A DNA stretch of 64,000 bases from Candidatus Ozemobacteraceae bacterium (GTDB lineage Bacteria; Muiribacteriota; Ozemobacteria; Ozemobacterales; Ozemobacteraceae). The notes under the pieces were generated by a model. The model ran no database searches. It was given only the letters and a program-made list of their open reading frames with translations, and was not told where the DNA came from. The stretch covers positions 4,320,001 to 4,384,000 of the forward strand of contig OZ223236.1 of the NCBI GenBank assembly GCA_965140445.1, given 5' to 3'. A program made the translations under genes and the position numbers. This document shows, piece by piece, positions 47,550 through 57,632 of this stretch (position 1 is the stretch's first letter; every line of letters begins with the position of its first letter).

Positions 47550-47888
47550 CCCGGAAAATTATTGTGCAGAAAAGGCTTGAATTCACACAAATGTTCTGAC
47601 TCGATTTGTGAAAATTACAGTTTCTTTATTTCAATCATAGTCTCCATTTTGTCCCAGGAATTCTTTTCTCTTCTGATCCTAAGTGTCATTTTATGCTTGT
47701 TTCGATATTTGATAAAATATGTTGAATGATTTCCTGAGTCAAACTGTAGCGAATGCTTGAAAGGATTGTTTGAAAAACCGTTTTAATTTCTGATATATTA
47801 TTTCAGAAATGCTATAAATTCCCGGATTTGCTTGAGATTCTAGAAGTTTTCTAAATTAGATTAAGTCAGAATAAGCAAGAAAAGCCGT

Positions 47889-50800
47889 TTGCAAGGACGA
47901 TCAGTGATGAGGAAAAAACAAAGCTGCAAAAAAAACACTTCTAAGATTCAGAATACAAATCCAACAGATTCTAAGAAGTTAGAAAGTAATTTGCCTACAA
48001 TGCCAATAGTTGGCATTGGTGCATCAGCTGGTGGTTTGGATGCGTTTGAAAGGTTTTTTACCCACATTTCTCCAGAAACGGGCATGGCTTTTGTAATAGT
48101 TCAACACCTGGAACCAACCCACAAGAGCATTCTAACGGATCTTTTAAAGAAATACACTAAAATGCCGGTCGTTCAAGTCAAAGACGGCATTACCATCGAA
48201 CCAAATACTGTTTACGTGATTCCGCCAAACCGCGACATGACCTTACAAAGCAATCACTTATGTTTGATGGAACCAGCTAAACCCCGAGGGTTGCGCCTGC
48301 CAATTGATTCATTTTTCAGATCACTGGCTGTAAATCAAAGAGAACTTGGTATCTGCATTGTTTTATCTGGAACTGGTAGCGATGGAACTTTGGGGTTGAA
48401 AGCGATAAAGGAAGAGGGCGGATTAACAATAGTTCAATTGCCTTCCTCGGCGCTTTACGATGGGATGCCAATAAGCGCTATAAATACAGGTTTAGTTGAT
48501 GTTATTCTACCTCCTGAGAAAATTGCTGAACAGTTGGTTGACTATGTTAAGCGTTCATTTGGAGGGGAATCTAAGCCTCCACAGGAGCTTATTTTTGATG
48601 TCAGCAGCCATCTGCAAAAAATTTTTGTTTTACTTCGCGAGCATACCGGGCACGATTTTTCCGGCTATAAAGAAAACACTATTTCTCGCCGCATTGAGCG
48701 ACGTATAACAGTTAATCAACTTGGAAGCATCAATGATTATCTGGATTTTTTACGCAATAATCCTCTAGAGATTCAGACCCTCTTTAGAGAACTGCTTATT
48801 GGTGTTACAAATTTTTTCCGCGACCCCGAAGCTTTTGAGCAACTTGAAAAAAAAGCTATTGCTCCTCTAGTTTCACGACCAGGGGGAATAAACCAACCAA
48901 TTCGTATCTGGATTCCTGGATGCTCCACAGGAGAAGAAGCTTATTCGATTGCAATGCTATTTCTAGAGCAAAAAGAAAAAACAGGTAAGGAAGTGGGTAT
49001 TCAAATTTACGCTACAGACATAGACACCCTTGCCATTGAGAAAGCTCGTGAAGGCCGTTATCCAGATAGTATTGCAGCAGATGTTTCACCTGAAAGACTG
49101 CAAAAATTCTTTATTGCTGAGCCTGAAGGCAATAACTACCGAATTCGGAACGAAATTCGTGAAATGGTAGTATTTGCGGTCCAAAGCGTTGTAAAAGACC
49201 CGCCATTTTCAAAATTAGACTTGATTTGCTGCCGAAATTTAATGATTTACATCGGAGCTGAAGTTCAGCAAAAAATTTTGGCCATGTTTCATTATGCGTT
49301 AAATCCAGATGGTTACCTGTTTTTAGGCAATTCAGAATCTTTAGGCGCAGCTCACGCATTTTTTAGAACTATAGACACTAAATGGAAAGTTTTTCAAAGA
49401 ATAGAAACCCTTACAAATTCTAAAACATTCCTCGAATTTCCATCAAACCTTCTCAAAAGAAGGGTCCCAGCCTCAAAATTGATTCCCACAAATAAACAAA
49501 TGAGTATGAAGGAAATGACAGAAAGCTTATTGTTAGCTGAACATACTCCTATTTGTGCAGTTATCAATGAAAAAGGCGAAGTTCTATACGTCCACGGCCG
49601 CACCGGTAAATTTTTTGAGCAAACTACTGGAGAGTTAAGCACAAACATTCTTCAAATGGCTAGAGACGGGCTGAAAATACCTCTAGCTACCGCAATCCGT
49701 AAAGTAAATCTTGAAAAAACCTCTTACCAAAGCGATGAACTCTCAGTGAACGCCGATGGAAATACCATCAGAACAAGCCTTGCTGTTGATCCAATTTTGA
49801 AACCAGAGTCAATGCATGGCTTAATGCTCGTTACTTTCAAAGAATTACCTAAATTATCGTCTGACAATGGTGTTACCGAAAAAATGGACATGGAAAGCAT
49901 GAATGCCCAACGCGTCCTGGAACTTGAAGATGAATTAAAATCGACGCGCGAATATCTCCAGTCAACCATTGAAGAGTTAGAAACTACAAACGAGGAACTA
50001 AAATCTGCCATAGAGGAATTACAATCCTCCAATGAAGAATTGCAAAGTACCAATGAAGAGCTGGTAACTTCCAAAGAAGAACTTCAATCAGTCAATGAAG
50101 AACTTATGAGCGTCAATGTTGAGCTTCAAAGAAATGTGGCAGATTTAACTATTGCAAATAACGACATAAAAAATCTATTAGACAATGTCCAGACAGGGGT
50201 CATCTTTCTGGACATGAATCTTCGTATCCGACGATTTACTCCATCAGCTGAAGAAGTTGTAGATTTGATTCAGGCGGATATTGGCCGCCCCCTGGCACAA
50301 TTTTCCCATAAACTACAACATGGCAGCCTCATTAAAGATTCGCGGGAAGTCCTGGACACTTTAACTCCAAAGGAAACTGAAGCACAAAGTCATGCAGGGA
50401 ATTGGTATCTGATCCGCATCATGCCCTATTACACCGTGGACGATCAAGTTGACGGAGTAGTTCTGGCATTTACCGACATAACTCAGATAAAAAATACAGA
50501 AATGAAGCTTCTTCAGACAAATGAAATGCTGACCTTTTCACAACAAAAAGCTGGAGCTGGACTTTGGAGCTGGGATATAAAAAGCAATGAACTTACATGG
50601 ACAAATGAACTTTTTCATCTTTTCGGGTTAAATAAAAATGAAGTAGACGCCAGTTTCGAAACATGGCGGAAAATAACACATCCTGATGATTACCAAAATG
50701 CAGAGACCAATATAGAAAATTCCTTAAGTAACAGAAAGCCTCTCTACAATGAATATCGAATAATTACTCCTTCAGGAGAAACCCGTTGGATTGGTTCCTG

Positions 50801-53126
50801 GGGCGATGCAATTTATGATGAGCATAAGCAGGCCTCGCGCATGGCAGGACTCTGCATAGACATTACCTCCAGGAAACAAGCAGAAGAAAATCTTCGACAA
50901 AATGAAGAGCGCTTGAGTTTCCATGCTGATAACTCACCACTGGGTGTTATTGAATGGAACAAAGATTTTGTAATAACCCGCTGGTCAGGTGAATCCGAGA
51001 AGATATTCGGTTGGAGCGCATCGGAAGCCATCAAAAAGCCAATAGCAGATCTCAATTTATTTTTTGAACAAGGCATTTCAATACTAAAAGAAGCTATGAA
51101 AGAACTTGCCTCCGGCGATTCCAAATTTGTTATCAGCAACAACCGCAACTCTACCAAAGATGGGCAAACAATTTATTGCGAATGGTATATTTCAATTCTT
51201 TCCGATAATCAAGGGAACACGCTTTCGGTTATGTCGCAGATTCTTAATATCACAGAAAAAAAACATGCTGAAGAAAAGGTAAAATCAATAGCCAAATTCC
51301 CATCTGAAAATCCAGCACCAGTAATTAGGATTTCCAAAAACGGAAATCTAAAATACATCAACGAATCTGGCATAAATCTTTTCCCAGACTGGAATATACC
51401 CATTGGAAAACCTGCACCTCCTGTGTTACAAAAAATTGTTCTTAAGGCCTTAGAAACAGAAAAAGCCCAAGTAATTGAGCTATGCTCAAATAATCGGCAA
51501 TTTTCTTTTTCAGTAAGCCCAATTGTTTCTGGTGACTATGCAAACCTCTACGGCACCGACATTACCAAACGAAAGAAAACGGAAAACTCATTGCGAGAAA
51601 CAAAAGAGCGCTTTCGACGACTGGTTGAAAATGCCCCCGATATCGTTTACACATTTTCCAATAAAAGAGGATTAATTTACGCTTCACCCCGGGTTGAAGA
51701 AATGATTGGTTATACCCCAGAGTATTTGTATGAGCATCCATTTTTGTGGAATGAATCAATTCACCAAGATGATTTACCAAAGATTCAAGAAGTAATGGAT
51801 AATTTGGACAAAGAAAAGGCCTTCAACCTTGAGTATAGGTTTAAAAATTCAAAAGGAAACTGGATTTGGTTTAGAAATCGAGCCATCAAATCCGAGATTG
51901 ATAATGGAGAATTTCTAATAGAGGGCCTGGCTAATGATATAACCGAATACAAAAAAGCTCAGGAAGACAAAATAGTATTTGAAAAAATGTTGCAACAGGC
52001 CCAGAGACTGGAAAGTCTTGGAGTTCTAGCCGGTGGAATTGCGCATGACTTTAACAATCTTTTAACAATAGTTCAATGCAATTGCTCATTGTTAGAGTTG
52101 CAACCTGAAAATACAGCAGAAATTCGCAAAAATATTGAAAAAGCAGTGAGGCGTGGGGCAGAACTCTGTGCACAAATGCTCGCATATGCAGGAAAAAGCC
52201 CGATCATGAAAGCCATGGTCGATGTAAAATTCCTGGTAAGAGATATTCTTTTCATCCTCAAAGCCACGATTAGTCAAAATGTTGTCTTCAATTTTGAATG
52301 CATCACGGACATCCCTCTTATCGAATCAGACGCCAGCCAGATAAAACAGATTCTGATGAATCTAATAATAAATGCAGCTGAGGCAATAGGAGAAAAAAAG
52401 GGCACTGTAAACATCATTCTCTCAACTGCTACTATAGATGAAAATATACCTGAAATTGACTACTTTGGCGCGCCTATCATCCCTGGCTCTTACATCTGCC
52501 TTGAAGTAAAAGACGATGGTTGCGGAATGGATGATGATACAGCCAAAAGAATTTTTGAGCCGTTCTTCAGCACCAAATTTACTGGGCGAGGGCTGGGATT
52601 GTCCGCTATCATGGGCATAATTGCATCTCAGAAAGGTGGGTTACAGATTTCAAGTCAGCCAATGATTGGCACCACCTTTAGAGTATTTTTACCCGCCTCG
52701 GTCTCTGAAAATGAAAAGATCCAGTCTGAAAGGAAGCAAATGCCAACTAACTGGAAAAAAGACAGTGTTATATTGCTGGTTGAAGACGAAACCGCTCTAA
52801 TAGATCTTGCAGCCAGCCTTTGCAAGGCGTTGGGCTTTTCAACTCTTAAAGCTTCAAATGGTGTAGAAGCTATTAACATTTACAAGGAAAGAAAAGCAGA
52901 AATCTCTCTTGTAATTCTTGATATCGGAATGCCATTAATGGATGGCTATGAACTGTTTCAAGAACTCAAAAAATTAAATTCTGAAATACCCATTATTGTT
53001 TCCAGTGGATTCTCTAATACTGAAATCGTTGCAAAACTGAATCCAAATGAAGTTGCGGGATTCATCGAAAAACCATTTAACTTTTTGAAGTTTGAAACTG
53101 TCATAAAAAATGCTCTGAAAGAATAA
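47889..53126 (+). CDS. CheB/CheR fusion PAS-domain hybrid histidine kinase with receiver
   Basis: CheB GASAGG/VQHL/SGTGSDG, CheR GCSTGEEAYS/CRNL, EEL(Q/E)S heptads, PAS/PAC domains, AHDFNNLL, GRGLGL, REC domain. Start may be 47904 or 47907. Confidence 0.93.
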   Translation: MQGRSVMRKKQSCKKNTSKIQNTNPTDSKKLESNLPTMPIVGIGASAGGLDAFERFFTHISPETGMAFVIVQHLEPTHKSILTDLLKKYTKMPVVQVKDGITIEPNTVYVIPPNRDMTLQSNHLCLMEPAKPRGLRLPIDSFFRSLAVNQRELGICIVLSGTGSDGTLGLKAIKEEGGLTIVQLPSSALYDGMPISAINTGLVDVILPPEKIAEQLVDYVKRSFGGESKPPQELIFDVSSHLQKIFVLLREHTGHDFSGYKENTISRRIERRITVNQLGSINDYLDFLRNNPLEIQTLFRELLIGVTNFFRDPEAFEQLEKKAIAPLVSRPGGINQPIRIWIPGCSTGEEAYSIAMLFLEQKEKTGKEVGIQIYATDIDTLAIEKAREGRYPDSIAADVSPERLQKFFIAEPEGNNYRIRNEIREMVVFAVQSVVKDPPFSKLDLICCRNLMIYIGAEVQQKILAMFHYALNPDGYLFLGNSESLGAAHAFFRTIDTKWKVFQRIETLTNSKTFLEFPSNLLKRRVPASKLIPTNKQMSMKEMTESLLLAEHTPICAVINEKGEVLYVHGRTGKFFEQTTGELSTNILQMARDGLKIPLATAIRKVNLEKTSYQSDELSVNADGNTIRTSLAVDPILKPESMHGLMLVTFKELPKLSSDNGVTEKMDMESMNAQRVLELEDELKSTREYLQSTIEELETTNEELKSAIEELQSSNEELQSTNEELVTSKEELQSVNEELMSVNVELQRNVADLTIANNDIKNLLDNVQTGVIFLDMNLRIRRFTPSAEEVVDLIQADIGRPLAQFSHKLQHGSLIKDSREVLDTLTPKETEAQSHAGNWYLIRIMPYYTVDDQVDGVVLAFTDITQIKNTEMKLLQTNEMLTFSQQKAGAGLWSWDIKSNELTWTNELFHLFGLNKNEVDASFETWRKITHPDDYQNAETNIENSLSNRKPLYNEYRIITPSGETRWIGSWGDAIYDEHKQASRMAGLCIDITSRKQAEENLRQNEERLSFHADNSPLGVIEWNKDFVITRWSGESEKIFGWSASEAIKKPIADLNLFFEQGISILKEAMKELASGDSKFVISNNRNSTKDGQTIYCEWYISILSDNQGNTLSVMSQILNITEKKHAEEKVKSIAKFPSENPAPVIRISKNGNLKYINESGINLFPDWNIPIGKPAPPVLQKIVLKALETEKAQVIELCSNNRQFSFSVSPIVSGDYANLYGTDITKRKKTENSLRETKERFRRLVENAPDIVYTFSNKRGLIYASPRVEEMIGYTPEYLYEHPFLWNESIHQDDLPKIQEVMDNLDKEKAFNLEYRFKNSKGNWIWFRNRAIKSEIDNGEFLIEGLANDITEYKKAQEDKIVFEKMLQQAQRLESLGVLAGGIAHDFNNLLTIVQCNCSLLELQPENTAEIRKNIEKAVRRGAELCAQMLAYAGKSPIMKAMVDVKFLVRDILFILKATISQNVVFNFECITDIPLIESDASQIKQILMNLIINAAEAIGEKKGTVNIILSTATIDENIPEIDYFGAPIIPGSYICLEVKDDGCGMDDDTAKRIFEPFFSTKFTGRGLGLSAIMGIIASQKGGLQISSQPMIGTTFRVFLPASVSENEKIQSERKQMPTNWKKDSVILLVEDETALIDLAASLCKALGFSTLKASNGVEAINIYKERKAEISLVILDIGMPLMDGYELFQELKKLNSEIPIIVSSGFSNTEIVAKLNPNEVAGFIEKPFNFLKFETVIKNALKE

Positions 53127-53607
53127 ACGATCAACTTTCCAATGATTTATTATGCTATTACTTTAATCCTGTGAGCCTCTCAGAGCTAAAAACAGAGTTC
53201 TTATTCACGCTCATCAGCTTATCTTGTTTTCAAAGCACTTTCATGGCAAATAAAATTAACATTTAATACAAATCAGTTGCTGCAATTTCTTCGACAATCA
53301 TTTTTTGCAGGAGTTTATTCTTATGGCTTTCAAAATTTAGCTCAGGCTTTAAATTTGAATGCTTAACCCTCCAAGAATGAAAATCTTAAAAAAGCAGAGC
53401 AAATCTTCTCTGTAAACTGATTATTGATCAAGATCATTGCAAATAAGACAGAAATAAGTAAATATAAAAGAAAGACTAAAATAGAGTTATTCTTGAGCTG
53501 GGAAAATTGGATCTTTAGCCTTAAAACATGCCTTTTCATGATTCCAAAAACTGGTTTGCCATTTTTTTGTTAATAAAAAAATCAAGTAATCGTAGGAGGT
53601 AAACAAG

Positions 53608-55266
53608 TTGATAAAACTTACTTCGCTTCCGCAATATAAAAAAAATGCTCTGCGAGCAAAAGAAATCGTTAGCGTCCTGGTAAAATACGGTCTGGCTAAC
53701 TGGGTTCATCAAAATGATCCTGAGTTTGTTCAAGAGCTATTTATTAGCGACGATGGTGAAAAACTTTCAGGTTTGCCCCAGGAAATTTGTATTCGAAAAG
53801 CTTTAACCGAACTCGGGGCCACTTTTATAAAACTAGGCCAGATGCTTAGCACCCGCCCGGACCTGGTTGGTCCAGAGTTAGCAAAAGAGCTTGCAGAGCT
53901 TCAGTCTGAAGCCACACCAGATAAACCTGAAGTTGTTCGCCGAACAATTGAAGAAGAGTTTGAAACGAAGCTGGATCAGCTATTTCTTGAATTTGACGAT
54001 TTACCACTCGGTTCTGCATCTATTGGACAAGTACATAAAGCAACCCTGCATAATGGACAAGTTGTTATTGTTAAAGTTCAACATGAGGGCATTGAAGAGC
54101 TGGTAGAAACTGATTTTGACATAATGTTCGGAATTGTAGATTTAGCACTTAAATATGAACCAGAACTAAAAGTGTTTCAGCCAAAAGCTATTATCTCTGA
54201 ATTTAAGCAGGTGTTGCTAAAAGAATTGGATTTTCACCGGGAGCGACGAAACCTCGAAAAATTTGCCAGAAACTTTGCTGAAGAACCATCGGTCCATTTT
54301 CCCAAAACCTATGAAAAATTTTCTTCTAAAAGAGTTCTAACCATGGAGATGCTCAAAGGATTCAGCATATCCAACACAGATAGAATAACAGCAGAGGGCT
54401 ATGATCGAAAAGAAATCGCGCTTAGAGGAGCAAAAATCTCATTGGAGATGATTTTCAGAGACGGTTTCTACCATTCAGATCCCCACCCTGGAAACATCTG
54501 GATTCTTGAAGATGGGGGCCTGGGAATTCTAGATGCCGGCATGGTTGGAAGAGTAGACACTTACCTGAAAGAAGACCTTGAAATCATTTTACTGGCAGCA
54601 GTAAGTGGCGATGCAGAGAGGGTTTCAGAACATATTTATCGTATCAGTTCTATACCGGTTGGGACTGATAGAAGGCGATTGAACGCAGAAATTTCTGACT
54701 TTCTGGCCGATGTAATTGATATACCTATTAAAGAAATCAAAGTTGCAAACACGCTAAATGGACTGTTTTCAATTATAAGAAATTTCAATATTATTTTGCC
54801 ATCTAAGCTTTCGCTGTTGATAAGGGCACTCATTATTCTTGAGAGCACTTCCAGAAATCTTGACAGAAATTTTAGTCTGGGACAACTGATAAAGCCATTT
54901 TTGACCAAAGCTACTCTTAATCAATATAGCCCTGAAAAATTTCTTGATAGCCTCAAACGAAGCTATCGCGATTGGCACCGCCTACTTGGCTTATTGCCCA
55001 ATAATCTTAGCGAAATACTGCTTTTAATCAGGGACGGAAAGTTTGATGTACACCTTGAACACCGAAATCTCGGCAAGATCGTGCATCGCCTTATTTATGG
55101 GATACTAATTGCGTCATTGTTTCTTGGCTCCTGCATGGTGATAAGTCAGCAAATTCCGCCGGCCTATCATGGAATTTCGATCATTGGAGCTTCAGGCTGC
55201 ATCTGGGCTTTATTTCTTGGTTTTTGGCTTCATTCAGATATAAAAAAATCTGAAACAAAGAAATAG
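53608..55266 (+). CDS. AarF/UbiB/ABC1 family atypical kinase
   Basis: ELGATFIKLGQMLSTRPDL, SASIGQVHKA, VKVQ, HSDPHPGN, two C-terminal TM segments; TTG start after AGGAGG. Confidence 0.93.
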   Translation: MIKLTSLPQYKKNALRAKEIVSVLVKYGLANWVHQNDPEFVQELFISDDGEKLSGLPQEICIRKALTELGATFIKLGQMLSTRPDLVGPELAKELAELQSEATPDKPEVVRRTIEEEFETKLDQLFLEFDDLPLGSASIGQVHKATLHNGQVVIVKVQHEGIEELVETDFDIMFGIVDLALKYEPELKVFQPKAIISEFKQVLLKELDFHRERRNLEKFARNFAEEPSVHFPKTYEKFSSKRVLTMEMLKGFSISNTDRITAEGYDRKEIALRGAKISLEMIFRDGFYHSDPHPGNIWILEDGGLGILDAGMVGRVDTYLKEDLEIILLAAVSGDAERVSEHIYRISSIPVGTDRRRLNAEISDFLADVIDIPIKEIKVANTLNGLFSIIRNFNIILPSKLSLLIRALIILESTSRNLDRNFSLGQLIKPFLTKATLNQYSPEKFLDSLKRSYRDWHRLLGLLPNNLSEILLLIRDGKFDVHLEHRNLGKIVHRLIYGILIASLFLGSCMVISQQIPPAYHGISIIGASGCIWALFLGFWLHSDIKKSETKK

Positions 55267-55385
55267 CCTTCGAGCAGCTATATATAAGCATTTTGCATTT
55301 ATTTTTTTCCGGTTAATGATTATTGCAATCCCGATACCGCAACGATTTAAGTTAAGAACTTAATATCAAAATTGAAGTTTTCTAC

Positions 55386-55414
55386 TTGACTTTGTATACC
55401 GACAAGTATACGAT
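55386..55414 (+). promoter_or_regulatory. sigma70 promoter with overlapping TetR-type operator (probably leaderless mRNA)
   Basis: TTGACT-17 nt-TACGAT, 6 nt before the ATG; spacer contains TATACCGACAAGTATA. Confidence 0.75.
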
Positions 55415-55420
55415 CGATTT

Positions 55421-55987
55421 ATGAGCAACAAGGAAGAAATACTAAAAAGCGCACTTTCATTATTTTCTGCCCGCGGTTATGATGCGGTCGGGATAAAAGA
55501 AATAGTCGACCGCTCCGGAATTACCAAGCCAACGTTATATCACTACTTTGGCAGTAAATCCGGTTTACTGGCGGCTATCATGGATGAAAACTTCCGCAAA
55601 TTATTTCTCAAGCTCGGACCTGCAGCAGTATATGGAGGTGATCTGCCTTTAACCCTATCAGAGATTATCCGCACATACTTTGATTTCGCCCGAAAAAACC
55701 AGGAATTCTACCGCATGCATCTGGCCTTGTGGTTCTCTCCACCAGACAGCGATGGCTTTCTCGCCGTAAGAGAATGGTGCGAAAAACAACATCAGCTGAT
55801 TGAGATGGTTTTCATGCTTGCCGCAAACGATCATGGGAACATGAAAAACCGTCACCGGGCCTATGCAGCAAGCTTTCTTGGAATAATAAACACATACATT
55901 GGGTTGGCATCCAACGGATATGCCAAACTTGACGAAGAAACAATTCACTCAGTAAACCAACAATTTAGCTACGGAATTTATTCTTGA
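55421..55987 (+). CDS. TetR/AcrR family transcriptional regulator
   Basis: ILKSALSLF..RGY...I.EI....GITKPTLYHYFGSK. Confidence 0.95.
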   Translation: MSNKEEILKSALSLFSARGYDAVGIKEIVDRSGITKPTLYHYFGSKSGLLAAIMDENFRKLFLKLGPAAVYGGDLPLTLSEIIRTYFDFARKNQEFYRMHLALWFSPPDSDGFLAVREWCEKQHQLIEMVFMLAANDHGNMKNRHRAYAASFLGIINTYIGLASNGYAKLDEETIHSVNQQFSYGIYS

Positions 55988-56141
55988 TCATTGCGATACG
56001 CGACTTTGGAGCCTTTTCTTAATTAACAGAAACTTTTTGATAGAGGCCTGAATTAACTTAACGTCAAGCTAACTTAGCAATGCTTTATGCAAGCCTGGTT
56101 GGCAATAGACGCCCTGTTTTTTTTTGGCCATTTTCTCACTC

Positions 56142-56157
56142 TATACCGATCGGTATA
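56142..56157. promoter_or_regulatory. Perfect 16-bp palindromic operator TATACCGATCGGTATA
   Basis: Immediately upstream of the AAGGAG SD of the GH13 gene; 13/16 identical to the site in the tetR promoter. Confidence 0.75.
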
Positions 56158-56171
56158 TAAAAGGAGTTTTT

Positions 56172-57527
56172 ATGAAACATTGGTCTAATGAAGCATTTTT
56201 TTATCACATTTACCCTCTTGGAGCCTTTGGCGCACCAAGAAACAACGATTTTTGTTCCGAGCCTGTTTGCCGCCTTAGTGCAATACATGGCACATTTGAT
56301 CATCTGACTCATCTTGGAGTTAATGCCATATATATGGGACCTTTATTTGAATCCGGGACACACGGATATGATACCGCCTGCTTCTATACAGTCGATCGGC
56401 GCTTAGGCACAAACGCAGATCTTTCCAACCTAGTTAAAGAATTGCACCAACGTGGGATCAGAATTATTTTAGATGGCGTTTTTAACCATGTGGGAAGGAA
56501 TTTTCCTGCCTTTAAACATGTTTGTGAGCATGGCCATTCTTCACCATATGTTGACTGGTTTGACGGGATAAATTTCAATAATACCAGCCCATACGGAGAT
56601 CATTTTTCCTATAACGGCTGGAATGGACATTTTGACCTGGTTAAACTAAACCTATCCAACGAAAAACTTCTTGAACACATTTTTTCAGCAATAGAAATGT
56701 GGATTAATGAATTCGACATTGATGGATTGCGACTTGATGTAGCAGACTGTCTTCCACAACATTTCATGCGAAGGCTTTCATCTTTCTGCAAGTCCAGAAA
56801 ATCAGATTTCTGGTTAATGGGGGAAGTTGTCCATGGTGATTATCGGAACTGGGCTGGTCCAGGTGTTCTTGATTCGGTTACGAACTATGAGAGCTACAAA
56901 GGACTTTATTCAAGTCATGTGGATAAAAACTATTTTGAAATTGCGTATGCACTTAATCGGCAGTTCGGAAAAGATGGAATCTACAAGGACATTACAATAT
57001 ATAACTTTGTAGATAACCACGACGTTTCGAGAATCAGAGATAACCTATCTTTGCCAGCTCATCTGTTTCCGCTGCATTGCCTTCTTTTCACAATGCCGGG
57101 GGTTCCTTCAATTTACTATGGAAGTGAATGGGGTATTCATGGAAAAAAAGCTCCAGATGGCGATTGGCATCTCAGGCCTGCCCTGGACATGGAAAATTTT
57201 TCACAGGATAGACTTGGGCAAGACCTTACCAGAGCAATAGCAAATTTTTCTTCTATTCGACACACCTCAACAGCTCTTAAGACAGGATCTTATCAGGAAT
57301 TACTGGTAGAACACGAACAGCTGGCATTTTTACGTGAATCTTCAGATGAAAATATAATAGTTGTTATTAACGCGGCAAACAAAAATGTTCCAGTAAGAAT
57401 CCAGTCGCCATTTCTAAAAAACGGGCGCTATGAAGACCTATTAAACAAGCACAGCATTGATATTCACCAGCAAACACTTGATTGTAATGTTCCTTCGTGC
57501 TGGGCCAGGATTCTACGTTTATCATAG
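56172..57527 (+). CDS. GH13 alpha-amylase family hydrolase (cyclomaltodextrinase/maltodextrin glucosidase-like)
   Basis: HGYD, DGVFNH, GLRLDVA, GEV, FVDNHD, PGVPSIYYGSE; ATG 56172 after AAGGAG. Confidence 0.93.
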   Translation: MKHWSNEAFFYHIYPLGAFGAPRNNDFCSEPVCRLSAIHGTFDHLTHLGVNAIYMGPLFESGTHGYDTACFYTVDRRLGTNADLSNLVKELHQRGIRIILDGVFNHVGRNFPAFKHVCEHGHSSPYVDWFDGINFNNTSPYGDHFSYNGWNGHFDLVKLNLSNEKLLEHIFSAIEMWINEFDIDGLRLDVADCLPQHFMRRLSSFCKSRKSDFWLMGEVVHGDYRNWAGPGVLDSVTNYESYKGLYSSHVDKNYFEIAYALNRQFGKDGIYKDITIYNFVDNHDVSRIRDNLSLPAHLFPLHCLLFTMPGVPSIYYGSEWGIHGKKAPDGDWHLRPALDMENFSQDRLGQDLTRAIANFSSIRHTSTALKTGSYQELLVEHEQLAFLRESSDENIIVVINAANKNVPVRIQSPFLKNGRYEDLLNKHSIDIHQQTLDCNVPSCWARILRLS

Positions 57528-57572
57528 TGGATTTCAGCATTTCAAGTCGCCTGAAAGATTTTATAGCCAAAG

Positions 57573-57605
57573 AAAAAGCGGGCCGAAAAAACTTCGGCCC
57601 GCTTT
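57573..57605. terminator. Intrinsic terminator between convergent genes
   Basis: AAAGCGGGCCGAA/TTCGGCCCGCTTT. Confidence 0.85.
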
Positions 57606-57632
57606 CAATTTAAACAGTTATCTGGTCAGGAA

